In this document: positions 1 through 7,722 of the stretch, in pieces | Position numbering within the stretch: position 1 is the stretch's first letter | How the letters are laid out: each line of letters opens with the position of its first letter | Source: a virus | Lineage: Duplodnaviria > Caudoviricetes | Virus record (IMG/VR): IMGVR_UViG_3300026189_000007 | Location: 1 to 52,072 of that record | Direction: 5' to 3' (one strand) | DNA: 52,072 nt | Translations under genes and position numbers: made by a program | Notes under the pieces: model-generated | What the model was told of the DNA's origin: nothing | Databases searched by the model: none | The model's input: the letters and a program-made list of their open reading frames with translations, nothing else

Positions 1-153
1 TTTTCCATCCCAAAATCTTTTTTTGTAGGCTGGTGAAAATTTTGCACCAGGTACATCAAAAGTAAATTGATCCGCAAGTTCATAATAAACATGCGGTTCC
101 GCTACCACATGAAGATTTACTTCATTCTTTTTTGAGATGACTAAATGGGACAT
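1..153 (-). CDS. uvsW: UvsW DNA helicase, N-terminal part (runs off the window edge)
   Basis: Manual translation from ATG at 153: MSHLVISKKNEVNLHVVAEPHVYYELADQFTFDVPGAKFSPAYKKRFWDGK, matching the T4-like UvsW N-terminus (F.F.VPG.KF.P....WDGK); lies downstream of uvsY as in cyanophages. Confidence 0.88.
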   Translation of the reverse strand, partial: MSHLVISKKNEVNLHVVAEPHVYYELADQFTFDVPGAKFSPAYKKRFWDGK

Positions 154-156
154 GAT

Positions 157-792
157 CTACCACCAATCTGTATCGTAAGTAGAATCAGCATCACCATAAT
201 TACCAATCGGAACAATATTAAATGCTAAAGATTTTCTAGGCATATCACCCCTAACTGGAGTAACACTATGCTGTAGACAACTAGGAAATATTATTAAGTC
301 TTTTCTTTCTGGAGTTACTCTTGAAAATGGAGTACTAAACTTATTAATATTTTTCATATTTGGTCTATATGATGATAGATCTGGTAAAGGATTTATAATA
401 TCTAAGTCCCCACCACTATCTTTACCATAGTGTCCATAATAATAAACTGCACTCCAAAAACTATTCTTGTGATTATGTAACTGAACATGTTCACCTTTTT
501 TATTAAGAGTTAACCATGAAGTTGATATATCAAACCTACACACATAACCCATTCTATCTAAAACAGATCTAGTATAATTTTGTAAAATCTTTTTAGTTTT
601 TGGATAGTTTTCCAATATTCTATACTTAGCAGAACTATTTGCAAATCTTGCTTGTTCAGGACTATCAATTTGAACTTTACTTAGAATGTAATCTTCACAT
701 TCAAGTAGTTCATCAGTATCTTCCCATACCTTTATCTTAAGTAATGGTATAGAGAACATCTCTCTAACTTTCAAATCATATTCTTTTTGCAT
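157..792 (-). CDS. 2OG-Fe(II) oxygenase superfamily protein (TIGR02466-like)
   Basis: SW..N...HNH.NS.WS.VYY, then LIIFPS.LQH.V and R.SLAFN: HxH...H metal triad plus the 2OG-binding Arg of the DSBH fold. Confidence 0.85.
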   Translation of the reverse strand: MQKEYDLKVREMFSIPLLKIKVWEDTDELLECEDYILSKVQIDSPEQARFANSSAKYRILENYPKTKKILQNYTRSVLDRMGYVCRFDISTSWLTLNKKGEHVQLHNHKNSFWSAVYYYGHYGKDSGGDLDIINPLPDLSSYRPNMKNINKFSTPFSRVTPERKDLIIFPSCLQHSVTPVRGDMPRKSLAFNIVPIGNYGDADSTYDTDWW

Positions 793-1501
793 CCTTGGCC
801 TCCTCCTTCATTTTTTGTTGATTTTCCCAAAGTCTTTGTAATTCCTGAGCATTTTCTGCAGACACGGGAGTTAGATCTGCGATGTTACCAGATAAGATGC
901 ATCGACCATCAACAGTACATTCAGGTACTTCATGTTGTAATCTACCTTCAAAAATTAGTAGTTTACCTTTTGCAACTTCTATAGTATGTTTACTTTCTGA
1001 AAAAACTATAGGAGAAGATCCTACAGGTACATTCACATAAAAAATCCATGTCCATGCAAATGGCATATGATTGTGAGGAACTATATTATCTCCTTTTTTA
1101 AAAGTAGTACCCCATACTTCTTCTAATCTTAAGCAACCTTCTTTACCAAATATATGTGTATTACTTTGAATTACTTTTTGCAACCATAAAAGAAATTGCA
1201 TTAATGCTGGATTTTGTTTTTCATGAATACGTCTTTCCGACATAGACGCATTTACACTAGGTTCATATCCAATCTTTGGAAGATCTTTAATATATTCATA
1301 TAATACTTCACACAGATCATCAGGATCTGGGTATAAGAACTCTGCTACCGCTAACTTTTCAGTTACTTCAAAAGTATTACCCTTAAAGTCATTAAATGAC
1401 TCATTATCAGCTTCAAGTACAGGTGGGTTTTTATATTTTTTTCTTAGTGCTTCTACTTCCTCATCCGTGAATTGAGGTTCATCATCATACAATTCTTCCA
1501 T
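776..1501 (-). CDS. 2OG-Fe(II) oxygenase superfamily protein with acidic N-terminal extension
   Basis: WG......HNH...WTWIFYVN, LLIFEGRLQHEV, R.ILSGN motifs. Confidence 0.8.
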   Translation of the reverse strand: MEELYDDEPQFTDEEVEALRKKYKNPPVLEADNESFNDFKGNTFEVTEKLAVAEFLYPDPDDLCEVLYEYIKDLPKIGYEPSVNASMSERRIHEKQNPALMQFLLWLQKVIQSNTHIFGKEGCLRLEEVWGTTFKKGDNIVPHNHMPFAWTWIFYVNVPVGSSPIVFSESKHTIEVAKGKLLIFEGRLQHEVPECTVDGRCILSGNIADLTPVSAENAQELQRLWENQQKMKEEAKDAKRI

Positions 1502-1534
1502 TAAACATAACGAGTTGCTATAGTATATAGCAGG

Positions 1535-1771
1535 TTATTTTTCGTCTAAATTTGGAAATTGTTGTGTAAGATTGTGGTCTAATATTACAGCAAATAATCT
1601 ATTCTGTAATGATAAAAGACGAACTTTTTCTGCTATCGGTTTATTCTCATTCTTCCCTGGCCAAATCTCAGCATAGTGAGAAACAGCATCGTATAACATA
1701 CGGGTTTCTTCGATACCCATATTTAATTCCATAGACCAATCTAGTTTCTTTTTAGAATCGTCAGTATCCAT
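1535..1771 (-). CDS. hypothetical protein (cyanophage-type)
   Basis: 78-aa ORF preceded by a late-promoter-like CTAAATA at 1793-1799; co-oriented with its neighbours. Confidence 0.65.
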   Translation of the reverse strand: MDTDDSKKKLDWSMELNMGIEETRMLYDAVSHYAEIWPGKNENKPIAEKVRLLSLQNRLFAVILDHNLTQQFPNLDEK

Positions 1772-1792
1772 ACGATTGAATGTTGGTTTAAG

Positions 1793-1799
1793 TATTTAG
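1793..1799 (-). promoter_or_regulatory. T4-like late promoter (CTAAATA)
   Basis: TAAATA core overlapping the uvsY stop, ~20 nt upstream of the next ATG. Confidence 0.55.
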
Positions 1800-2227
1800 T
1801 TATATCCTTGTTGGAAACGATGCCATTCTATTGCATTCTTAATTTGATAGGTACGACCAGATATATTTCTAATAATTTCTTCTAAGAATTTTAAAGTAGC
1901 ATCATAGTATTTGATCTTCATATCAATCTTATTCAACCTTTCATCTGCATCCATATGTCTTTGTATAGCATCTTTCTCTCTGACCTTGTATGGAAATGGA
2001 TCTGCAGCATAAACTTCTGGAGATGCCTTACCTGTGTAGTAATTATGTCTCTCTAGTCTAATTTCATTATATTGATTTCTTGCTTTCTCACGCATCAAAG
2101 TAATTGTATTGTAAACTGTATAATACTTTGAGTGAAGTTGAGGTATTTTTAATGATTCGTCATGCAAGTTATCTGGGTCGATTTTAGCATCTTCGGCCCA
2201 CATACTTTGAATTTTATCAAGATCCAT
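1796..2227 (-). CDS. uvsY: UvsY recombination mediator protein
   Basis: W..D.KID...L..ES..IP.LH.KY and R.YQIKNAIEW.RF..G motifs of T4-like UvsY; 143 aa. Confidence 0.92.
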   Translation of the reverse strand: MDLDKIQSMWAEDAKIDPDNLHDESLKIPQLHSKYYTVYNTITLMREKARNQYNEIRLERHNYYTGKASPEVYAADPFPYKVREKDAIQRHMDADERLNKIDMKIKYYDATLKFLEEIIRNISGRTYQIKNAIEWHRFQQGYN

Positions 2228-2243
2228 AATAAAGTTAAATTAA

Positions 2244-2792
2244 TTATAAGGGAGTTCGTCCGTCTGCTTTAAACATCCTGTATATAGTATACTTGAAAGT
2301 AGCCTCTGCTGTAAAGTAGTTGATGTCCGTATCACCTGCTTCAAATTCCAATGATGTTAATGAAGTTGGAAACATTTCCTCAAACTTTATTATAGCACTA
2401 GTATTGTAATTACTGTTTAAAATTGCAAGGGAACCATCACTATACACTTCATCTCCATCCCTTTTACCTTTATCATCAGTTGTTATCTCTTGATATTGCT
2501 TAGGTGTAGCTGGAAAACCCACACCAGTCATCCAGTTATGAATAGACATATAGTTTTCTAATTCTTCATCAACTATAAATCTTAAACTAAAATCACCATA
2601 TTGTAATTTATCACCAGGTATATCAATATCTTTTAGATAAGATGCTTGTACAGCAGTTCCTAAAACTATCTCAGGTATTCTAGCAGAATTACAGAAAAAA
2701 TTTACCTTAGGAGTTTTTGCAAGATTAAATCTAAACCCTATGGGAGATAAAAAATTTCTATTCTCTATTTGATTCTGTAATGCATTAACCAT
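2244..2792 (-). CDS. gp3: tail tube terminator / tail completion protein gp3
   Basis: NFLSP.GF.F, FFC.SA.IP, PGDKL.Y..F.L.F.VDE.LENY, F...FPTSL..LEF: gp3/gp19-family motifs; canonical position upstream of uvsY. Confidence 0.88.
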   Translation of the reverse strand: MVNALQNQIENRNFLSPIGFRFNLAKTPKVNFFCNSARIPEIVLGTAVQASYLKDIDIPGDKLQYGDFSLRFIVDEELENYMSIHNWMTGVGFPATPKQYQEITTDDKGKRDGDEVYSDGSLAILNSNYNTSAIIKFEEMFPTSLTSLEFEAGDTDINYFTAEATFKYTIYRMFKADGRTPL

Positions 2793-3079
2793 TATCCTCC
2801 TCCGTTTCCACCGCCACCGTTGCCACCAGCATTACCGCCACCATTACCGCCACCGTTACCATTGGTGCTGCCACCATTACCATTACCGTTTCCATTACCA
2901 TTACCGTTCTTACCGTTTTTCTTTCCGTTCTCACCCTCATCAGGTTCGATGTATCCTCTTCCACCCATATGATAGCCACGTGGAATCGTCTTACACTTCT
3001 TATCAGTGTAACACCAATACTTTCCAGCACCGCATCTTTTAGCAGCTGCTTCTTCTATGAATTTATCAAATTCTAACAT
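2792..3079 (-). CDS. small hypothetical protein with a Cys motif and Gly/Asn-rich C-terminal tail
   Basis: C..GKYWC.TDKKCK.IP followed by (GN)n/(NGGG)n; TAATG coupling to flanking genes at both ends. Confidence 0.75.
   Translation of the reverse strand: MLEFDKFIEEAAAKRCGAGKYWCYTDKKCKTIPRGYHMGGRGYIEPDEGENGKKNGKNGNGNGNGNGNGGSTNGNGGGNGGGNAGGNGGGGNGGG
2795..2930. repeat. low-complexity tandem repeat (CCATTA/CCGTTA/CCGCCA units) encoding the Gly-Asn tract
   Basis: visible ccattaccattaccgtttccattaccattaccg and ccgccaccatta units. Confidence 0.8.
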
Positions 3080-3234
3080 TAGTCAATAATCATATTGAAC
3101 CACATTTCACTCATACCAGAAATGATTTTATCTGCTGATTCTTTATCATCAGCATATCCTTCTTTCATCAAATGATCAACTAACTTATCTCTTTTAGCAA
3201 CCGCATCTGCGTGTTCTTTTGGTGTAGGTTCCAT
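3079..3234 (-). CDS. small hypothetical protein (51 aa, not in the ORF track)
   Basis: Manual translation MEPTPKEHADAVAKRDKLVDHLMKEGYADDKESADKIISGMSEMWFNMIID; stop overlaps the next ATG (TAATG); CTAAATA at 3255-3261 upstream. Confidence 0.7.
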   Translation of the reverse strand: MEPTPKEHADAVAKRDKLVDHLMKEGYADDKESADKIISGMSEMWFNMIID

Positions 3235-3257
3235 GGTAATAGTACTTTTATTTCTAT

Positions 3258-3443
3258 TTAGACTGGTGTAATTGTATATCCAACTTTTGCTCTAACCTTA
3301 CCAAGTGCAAGATCCAAAGCGTTTTGAGCATCTTCTGTAGTATTATATTGTGTCCTTTTTGATTCGTCCCATGTCCATCTATTCTCACTAATGTGATATA
3401 GAGTTTCTCCTGTTACATTGCTCTTCTTAGTAATATAAAACAT
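3258..3443 (-). CDS. hypothetical protein
   Basis: 61-aa ORF coupled (TAATG) to the deformylase stop. Confidence 0.65.
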   Translation of the reverse strand: MFYITKKSNVTGETLYHISENRWTWDESKRTQYNTTEDAQNALDLALGKVRAKVGYTITPV

Positions 3444-3883
3444 TATGTCCTCTGTTTAAAATTTATACCTTGCATATGATCAAACTCATGTAAAAATACT
3501 CTTGCAGCAAAACCCTCTAATTTTACTTTATGATTATTTCTATTTTCATCTTCATATTTAACAACGACAGTTTCTGACCTTTCCACGTCAACAAATTCAT
3601 CTGGATAAGATAAACATCCTTCATTCATAACACATGTTTTAGAAGATTGTTTTACAATTCTGGGATTGAAACACGTCATAACTTCATTATACTCCAAATC
3701 CCTTATCATTACAAATGCCCTTTCATTAATACCAATTTGATTTGCAGACAGGCCAACTCCATTATGATAATGCATATTATCAATCAATGTCTTTTTTAAA
3801 AAATTGCGATCCAAATTGTAACTACACTTATCAATTTTTTTGTGTAGTAAATCATCAGAATTTGGTATTAGTTCTCTTATCAT
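3443..3883 (-). CDS. def: peptide deformylase (auxiliary metabolic gene)
   Basis: All three PDF motifs: GVGLSANQIG, EGCLS, HEFDH. Start reassigned to ATG at 3883 (MIRELIP...), just downstream of a late promoter and the gp23 terminator. Confidence 0.95.
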   Translation of the reverse strand: MIRELIPNSDDLLHKKIDKCSYNLDRNFLKKTLIDNMHYHNGVGLSANQIGINERAFVMIRDLEYNEVMTCFNPRIVKQSSKTCVMNEGCLSYPDEFVDVERSETVVVKYEDENRNNHKVKLEGFAARVFLHEFDHMQGINFKQRT

Positions 3884-3888
3884 AAAGT

Positions 3889-3895
3889 TATTTAG
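3889..3895 (-). promoter_or_regulatory. late promoter (CTAAATA) for def
   Basis: TAAATA 5 nt upstream of the def ATG. Confidence 0.6.
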
Positions 3896-3897
3896 AG

Positions 3898-3928
3898 AAA
3901 AAAAAGACCCCTCAGAGAGGAGTCTTTT
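3898..3928 (-). terminator. rho-independent terminator after gp23
   Basis: minus strand AAGACTCCTC-TCT-GAGGGGTCTT followed by a T run, ~20 nt after the gp23 stop. Confidence 0.85.
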
Positions 3929-3946
3929 GAAGATATGTAATATCAA

Positions 3947-5338
3947 TTACATTAGGTTGTTAACCTTAACTCTTCTGTAGTATGTGTTAGAGTTTCTCTT
4001 AATACGTCCAGTATTAGTTGTATTAAGTCCCTCAGCGAATGGGTTTGCTACGATACCGTAACGAGTCTTAAACCCGATTTTTGGCTGGAAGGTGTTCTCT
4101 CCCACTGCACGAACCATCTGTAGTGGAACGTAAGGGCAATAGAATAAACCTGCGTCATAAGGTGAAGAACCTTTATAACCAGCAACATAGTACTGAGCAC
4201 CAGCAGAAGATCCGTTGAATCCACCTGCATAAGGGTCGATGTACACTTTGTACTTACCTTGTAATGTACCAGCAAATGTATTACCAGTATCATCAACGTT
4301 AAGGTTGCTGTTAAGAGCAGGAGTGTAGTCTAGTACACCAGCCATTGTTAATGCAGAAGCAACATCAGCAGAACAAAGGATCATGTTACCCTTTCCTCTA
4401 CGAGTTTGCTGTGCGATTGCGTTAGCGTCTCTTTCGATCTGGAAGATCAGTCCCTTGAATTTCTCAACAGACCAACGACCATTACTATCAACGTCTAAGT
4501 CGAAAGTACCAGATGTTGCAACGTTTGCTTGAGCACCAGGCTTAGCAACGTTATAGATTGTTCTAATAACTTCTCTGTTGATTTCAGCAAGAATCTCAGT
4601 AGATAGAATGTTAGCAAGTTCTGCTTCTGCATTCAATCCATGGATTGCTTTCAAGTCTTGGGCAAGTTCTAGTGAGTACTCTGCCTTTAGAGCTCTTGAC
4701 TTCGCAGTCACGGTGACCTTCTCGATTGAGAATGCCATCTCGTTGAAACCGTTTCCATCAGTACCTAAAGCTTCAGCAGTACCTGTCTGCATACCTTCAC
4801 CGACGTTGTAGACGTTACCGTCTGTTGGTGATGCAGAACCATCTAGTGCACCAGGATTAGATCCTGTCTGAGATCCAGTACCAAGACCAACTGCCTCGTT
4901 CTGAGATCCAGTAACGTAGTCATCTGCACCTGAGATTGGTGTACCAGCTGTACCGATACCAGAGAATGCAGTATCTACTTCGTCGTAGAATGTCTCGTCT
5001 CCAGACTGACTGTTGTAACGAGATCTCATTGCAAAGATTAGACCTGTTGGGCCATTCATTGGTTGTACACCAGCTAGGTCATAAGCGACCAAGTTTGGCA
5101 TTGCTCTTCTGATCAGACTAATAAGTACTGGATCGAAGTTTGATATTCCTGCACCTGTTGAGTTTGTAGGTGCTGCTTCTCCAAGGAACTCTTGCTCCTC
5201 TTTTAAAGTCTTTTCTTGGTTCTCCAGAAGAACTGCGGTCACCATTCGACGATGATTGTCTTTGATGTCTCCCATACCTTCATGGTCTAGGAGTGGAGCC
5301 CACTTCTCCTGCAGATGTTCAGCATTGAACGATTGCAT
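3947..5338 (-). CDS. gp23: major capsid protein gp23
   Basis: L.EKW.P.L, FDPVLISLIRR.MPNL.AYD..GVQPM.GPTGLIFAMRSRY, SRALKAEYSLELAQDLKAIHGL.AE.EL, FQPKIGFKTRYG. Confidence 0.99.
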   Translation of the reverse strand: MQSFNAEHLQEKWAPLLDHEGMGDIKDNHRRMVTAVLLENQEKTLKEEQEFLGEAAPTNSTGAGISNFDPVLISLIRRAMPNLVAYDLAGVQPMNGPTGLIFAMRSRYNSQSGDETFYDEVDTAFSGIGTAGTPISGADDYVTGSQNEAVGLGTGSQTGSNPGALDGSASPTDGNVYNVGEGMQTGTAEALGTDGNGFNEMAFSIEKVTVTAKSRALKAEYSLELAQDLKAIHGLNAEAELANILSTEILAEINREVIRTIYNVAKPGAQANVATSGTFDLDVDSNGRWSVEKFKGLIFQIERDANAIAQQTRRGKGNMILCSADVASALTMAGVLDYTPALNSNLNVDDTGNTFAGTLQGKYKVYIDPYAGGFNGSSAGAQYYVAGYKGSSPYDAGLFYCPYVPLQMVRAVGENTFQPKIGFKTRYGIVANPFAEGLNTTNTGRIKRNSNTYYRRVKVNNLM

Positions 5339-5388
5339 TTGATTTACCTTTTAAATTTAGTTTAAAGTTTGATCTTATAATTAAAAAA

Positions 5389-6534
5389 TCACTTTTTCGA
5401 GACTCTATTCATAGTCTGTAGGTAACTTTCCATCAAGCCAGACGGTGCTGCTTGAGGTGCCTCAGTTCCTTCAGAAATTGTCTCTGAATGGTCTCTTGGA
5501 GCACTAGCACTTGGGAAATAAGATTCTCTAAGTGTTCCTAGTTTCTCTCTGTATGTTTCTTCACTATCAAACTCAACGTTTTTGGCAAGAGAAGCAAGTT
5601 TATCTTTTTGTGAAAGTGCAAGACCTTCGGATACGTCTGCTAGAATTACATCTGATACAGACTCAGCTAATCTTTTGTTTAGAGCAATATTCTTATTAAT
5701 TTGCTCGTTGAGTTTATTTTCCATCTCATCAAGTTTATCAACCATATTGTTGATAACATCATATTTTTCTTCAGGGATTGTTACATAATGATCTTCAAAA
5801 AGACTCTTCATACCTTTTAAGAATGAATCAGTCATTTCTGTTTTAAGTCCATGCTCTACTGCGAGTGCATTTTCTTCCATCCATTCCTGAGCAATATACT
5901 CAAGATATGCATCAGTTCTATCTTCTAGAACTTCTTTCATGGCAGAAACTTCTTCAGCGAGTGATTTCTCATACTCACCTTTTAATTCTTCCTTGATCTC
6001 TCCGATCTTGGATTTGATAGCAGCTTCGAAAATGGTTGTTGCTTTTGCTTTGAAGTCTTCTGAAAGTTCTTCGCCTTCTAGAAGTGCATTAACGTCTGCT
6101 TCGACACTAAATGACTCTTCTTCTTCGACGACTTCTTCTTCAGTTGTCTCTTCTTCTGCAACTACTTCTTCAGTTTCTGTAGTCTCTTCTGACTCAGCAA
6201 CTACTTCTTCTTCAGTAGTTTCTTCCTCAGATACAACCTGATCTTCAGGTTTTTCTGCTTCTTCTTTTTTAACAGCACCGCCAGCCATTGTAGGCATTGG
6301 ATCTGCCTTACCTGCGTTTTTGTTAATTACATCCTTAACTTGCTTAAGGGTTTTACCAGGTGTATTTAATTTAGCTGAATTATCATCAACCTTATAATTT
6401 TCTGGTGTTGGCCCACCTAAATCCTCGTAAGTTGCAGGTGTACCACCTGTTGTCAACTTAGGCATCGGATCACCAGGCGAAGCATTTTTAGTTACTACGT
6501 TTTCCATTTCTTGTAAATTGCTACCAATAGGCAT
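5389..6534 (-). CDS. gp22: prohead core scaffolding protein gp22
   Basis: Very acidic, LSE.FK.KA.TIFEAA, YL.Y...EW..EN.LA; lies between gp21 and gp23. Confidence 0.93.
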   Translation of the reverse strand: MPIGSNLQEMENVVTKNASPGDPMPKLTTGGTPATYEDLGGPTPENYKVDDNSAKLNTPGKTLKQVKDVINKNAGKADPMPTMAGGAVKKEEAEKPEDQVVSEEETTEEEVVAESEETTETEEVVAEEETTEEEVVEEEESFSVEADVNALLEGEELSEDFKAKATTIFEAAIKSKIGEIKEELKGEYEKSLAEEVSAMKEVLEDRTDAYLEYIAQEWMEENALAVEHGLKTEMTDSFLKGMKSLFEDHYVTIPEEKYDVINNMVDKLDEMENKLNEQINKNIALNKRLAESVSDVILADVSEGLALSQKDKLASLAKNVEFDSEETYREKLGTLRESYFPSASAPRDHSETISEGTEAPQAAPSGLMESYLQTMNRVSKK

Positions 6535-6567
6535 GTTTTTTTAATAGAATATTAAATATTCTTTATT

Positions 6568-6575
6568 TATTTATA
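6568..6575 (-). promoter_or_regulatory. T4 late promoter TATAAATA upstream of gp22
   Basis: exact T4 gp55-sigma consensus in an intergenic gap. Confidence 0.8.
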
Positions 6576-6579
6576 GAAC

Positions 6580-7230
6580 TTAAAGATTTGATAAGAAATC
6601 GGTAAAGAGACCGAGCTTATGTTCCTCAAGTGTTTTTTGGTCAACTAGGGTGTTAATCCTCTTCTTAGTTTGGTCTACAAACTGTTCACGAAGGATTCCT
6701 CCTTCCCAAACCCACTCTTTTCCTTCCATGATTCCGTTAACGAAAGCATCAGGAGCTGATGGATCTGCAACGATATCTGCAGCTGTTGCTAATTGAAAGT
6801 CTTCACCAACAACTTTAATACCATCACGATCTTCTTTTAATGTTCCTATACCACGAGAAGAAACTCCTAAAGTTACACCTTCAGCGAGTAAAGATTTTGC
6901 AATCTTACCCATAGGTGTTTCAAGAAGTTGTGCCTTACCTACAAAATTATTTCCTTCTTGATGAAGATCAACAATTTTATGTGATACTCTATCGAGGTTC
7001 ACTGTAGGGCCATCAGGGTGACCAAGTTCCCCAACAGCACGGCCTTTTGCAACGAAAGATTCGTTGTATCTGCTAACCTCTTTTGCAAGAGTGTCTACAG
7101 GATACATTCTTCCATTACGATTTTTAAGGTTTCCTTGTAAGAAAACACCCTCTATATACATCTTCTTTTTACTACCTTTTCCTTCGGTAATAAATTTAAC
7201 GTCTGAAATTTCTTCTGTGATTAGTTTCAT
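6580..7230 (-). CDS. gp21: prohead protease gp21
   Basis: YIEG.FLQ...KNRNGR.YP, GELGHP, GVSSRG.G, D.VADPSAPDAFV. Confidence 0.97.
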   Translation of the reverse strand: MKLITEEISDVKFITEGKGSKKKMYIEGVFLQGNLKNRNGRMYPVDTLAKEVSRYNESFVAKGRAVGELGHPDGPTVNLDRVSHKIVDLHQEGNNFVGKAQLLETPMGKIAKSLLAEGVTLGVSSRGIGTLKEDRDGIKVVGEDFQLATAADIVADPSAPDAFVNGIMEGKEWVWEGGILREQFVDQTKKRINTLVDQKTLEEHKLGLFTDFLSNL

Positions 7231-7234
7231 AGTC

Positions 7235-7513
7235 CTAATTTGTAAATCCTACTTTTGCACCTTTTACATCAGTGCCTCCACTAACAAAAACAACATCTGT
7301 TGGATTCTTTTCTAAGATTTCGGTTTGACCTGCTAATAATGAAAAGGTTCCTATAGTAGCAGAACCACTGTTATTTTCAGCAATATTAACAGTTCTACCA
7401 GTGCTGTTGCTACTGTTTACTAAACGAACGCAAGTTGCGTTGCTAAAACTAGTAGCAGCACCAACTGAATCTGGTACAGTTATTTGTGTTCCTTTTATTA
7501 ATAACCTAGACAT
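7235..7513 (-). CDS. hypothetical protein (head module)
   Basis: 92-aa beta-rich ORF between gp20 and gp21. Confidence 0.7.
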   Translation of the reverse strand: MSRLLIKGTQITVPDSVGAATSFSNATCVRLVNSSNSTGRTVNIAENNSGSATIGTFSLLAGQTEILEKNPTDVVFVSGGTDVKGAKVGFTN

Positions 7514-7688
7514 TTGGTTCCTCTTCTTGGGCTACAGGTTCTTCAGTATTATCGAACATTGATGCACCCACAGTATTACGAGAAGCATCTATTTTGTCTG
7601 CTGCTTTAGCATACAAAACTTCTTTGATCTTATCGCTAATATCATTAGCAGCAGCATCAGTCGCTATCAAATTAACAAGTTCTTCCAT
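7506..7688 (-). CDS. small acidic hypothetical protein (position of T4 prohead core gp67/gp68)
   Basis: 60-aa ORF directly after the portal, with its own late promoter. Confidence 0.65.
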   Translation of the reverse strand: MEELVNLIATDAAANDISDKIKEVLYAKAADKIDASRNTVGASMFDNTEEPVAQEEEPNV

Positions 7689-7714
7689 AAAAAATAAATA
7701 TAAAATCCTAGTTT

Positions 7715-7722
7715 TATTTATA
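7715..7722 (-). promoter_or_regulatory. T4 late promoter TATAAATA
   Basis: exact consensus overlapping the gp20 stop codon. Confidence 0.75.

Noticed and set aside
2785-3030. Alternative-frame 81-aa ORF rich in Val/Met/Ala
   Set aside because: Frame-shifted reading of the Gly-Asn repeat; the 2792-3079 frame has coupled start/stop signals and a conserved-looking head
3884-3946. N-terminal extension of peptide deformylase given in the ORF track
   Set aside because: It runs through the gp23 terminator and the late promoter; ATG at 3883 gives a normal PDF N-terminus
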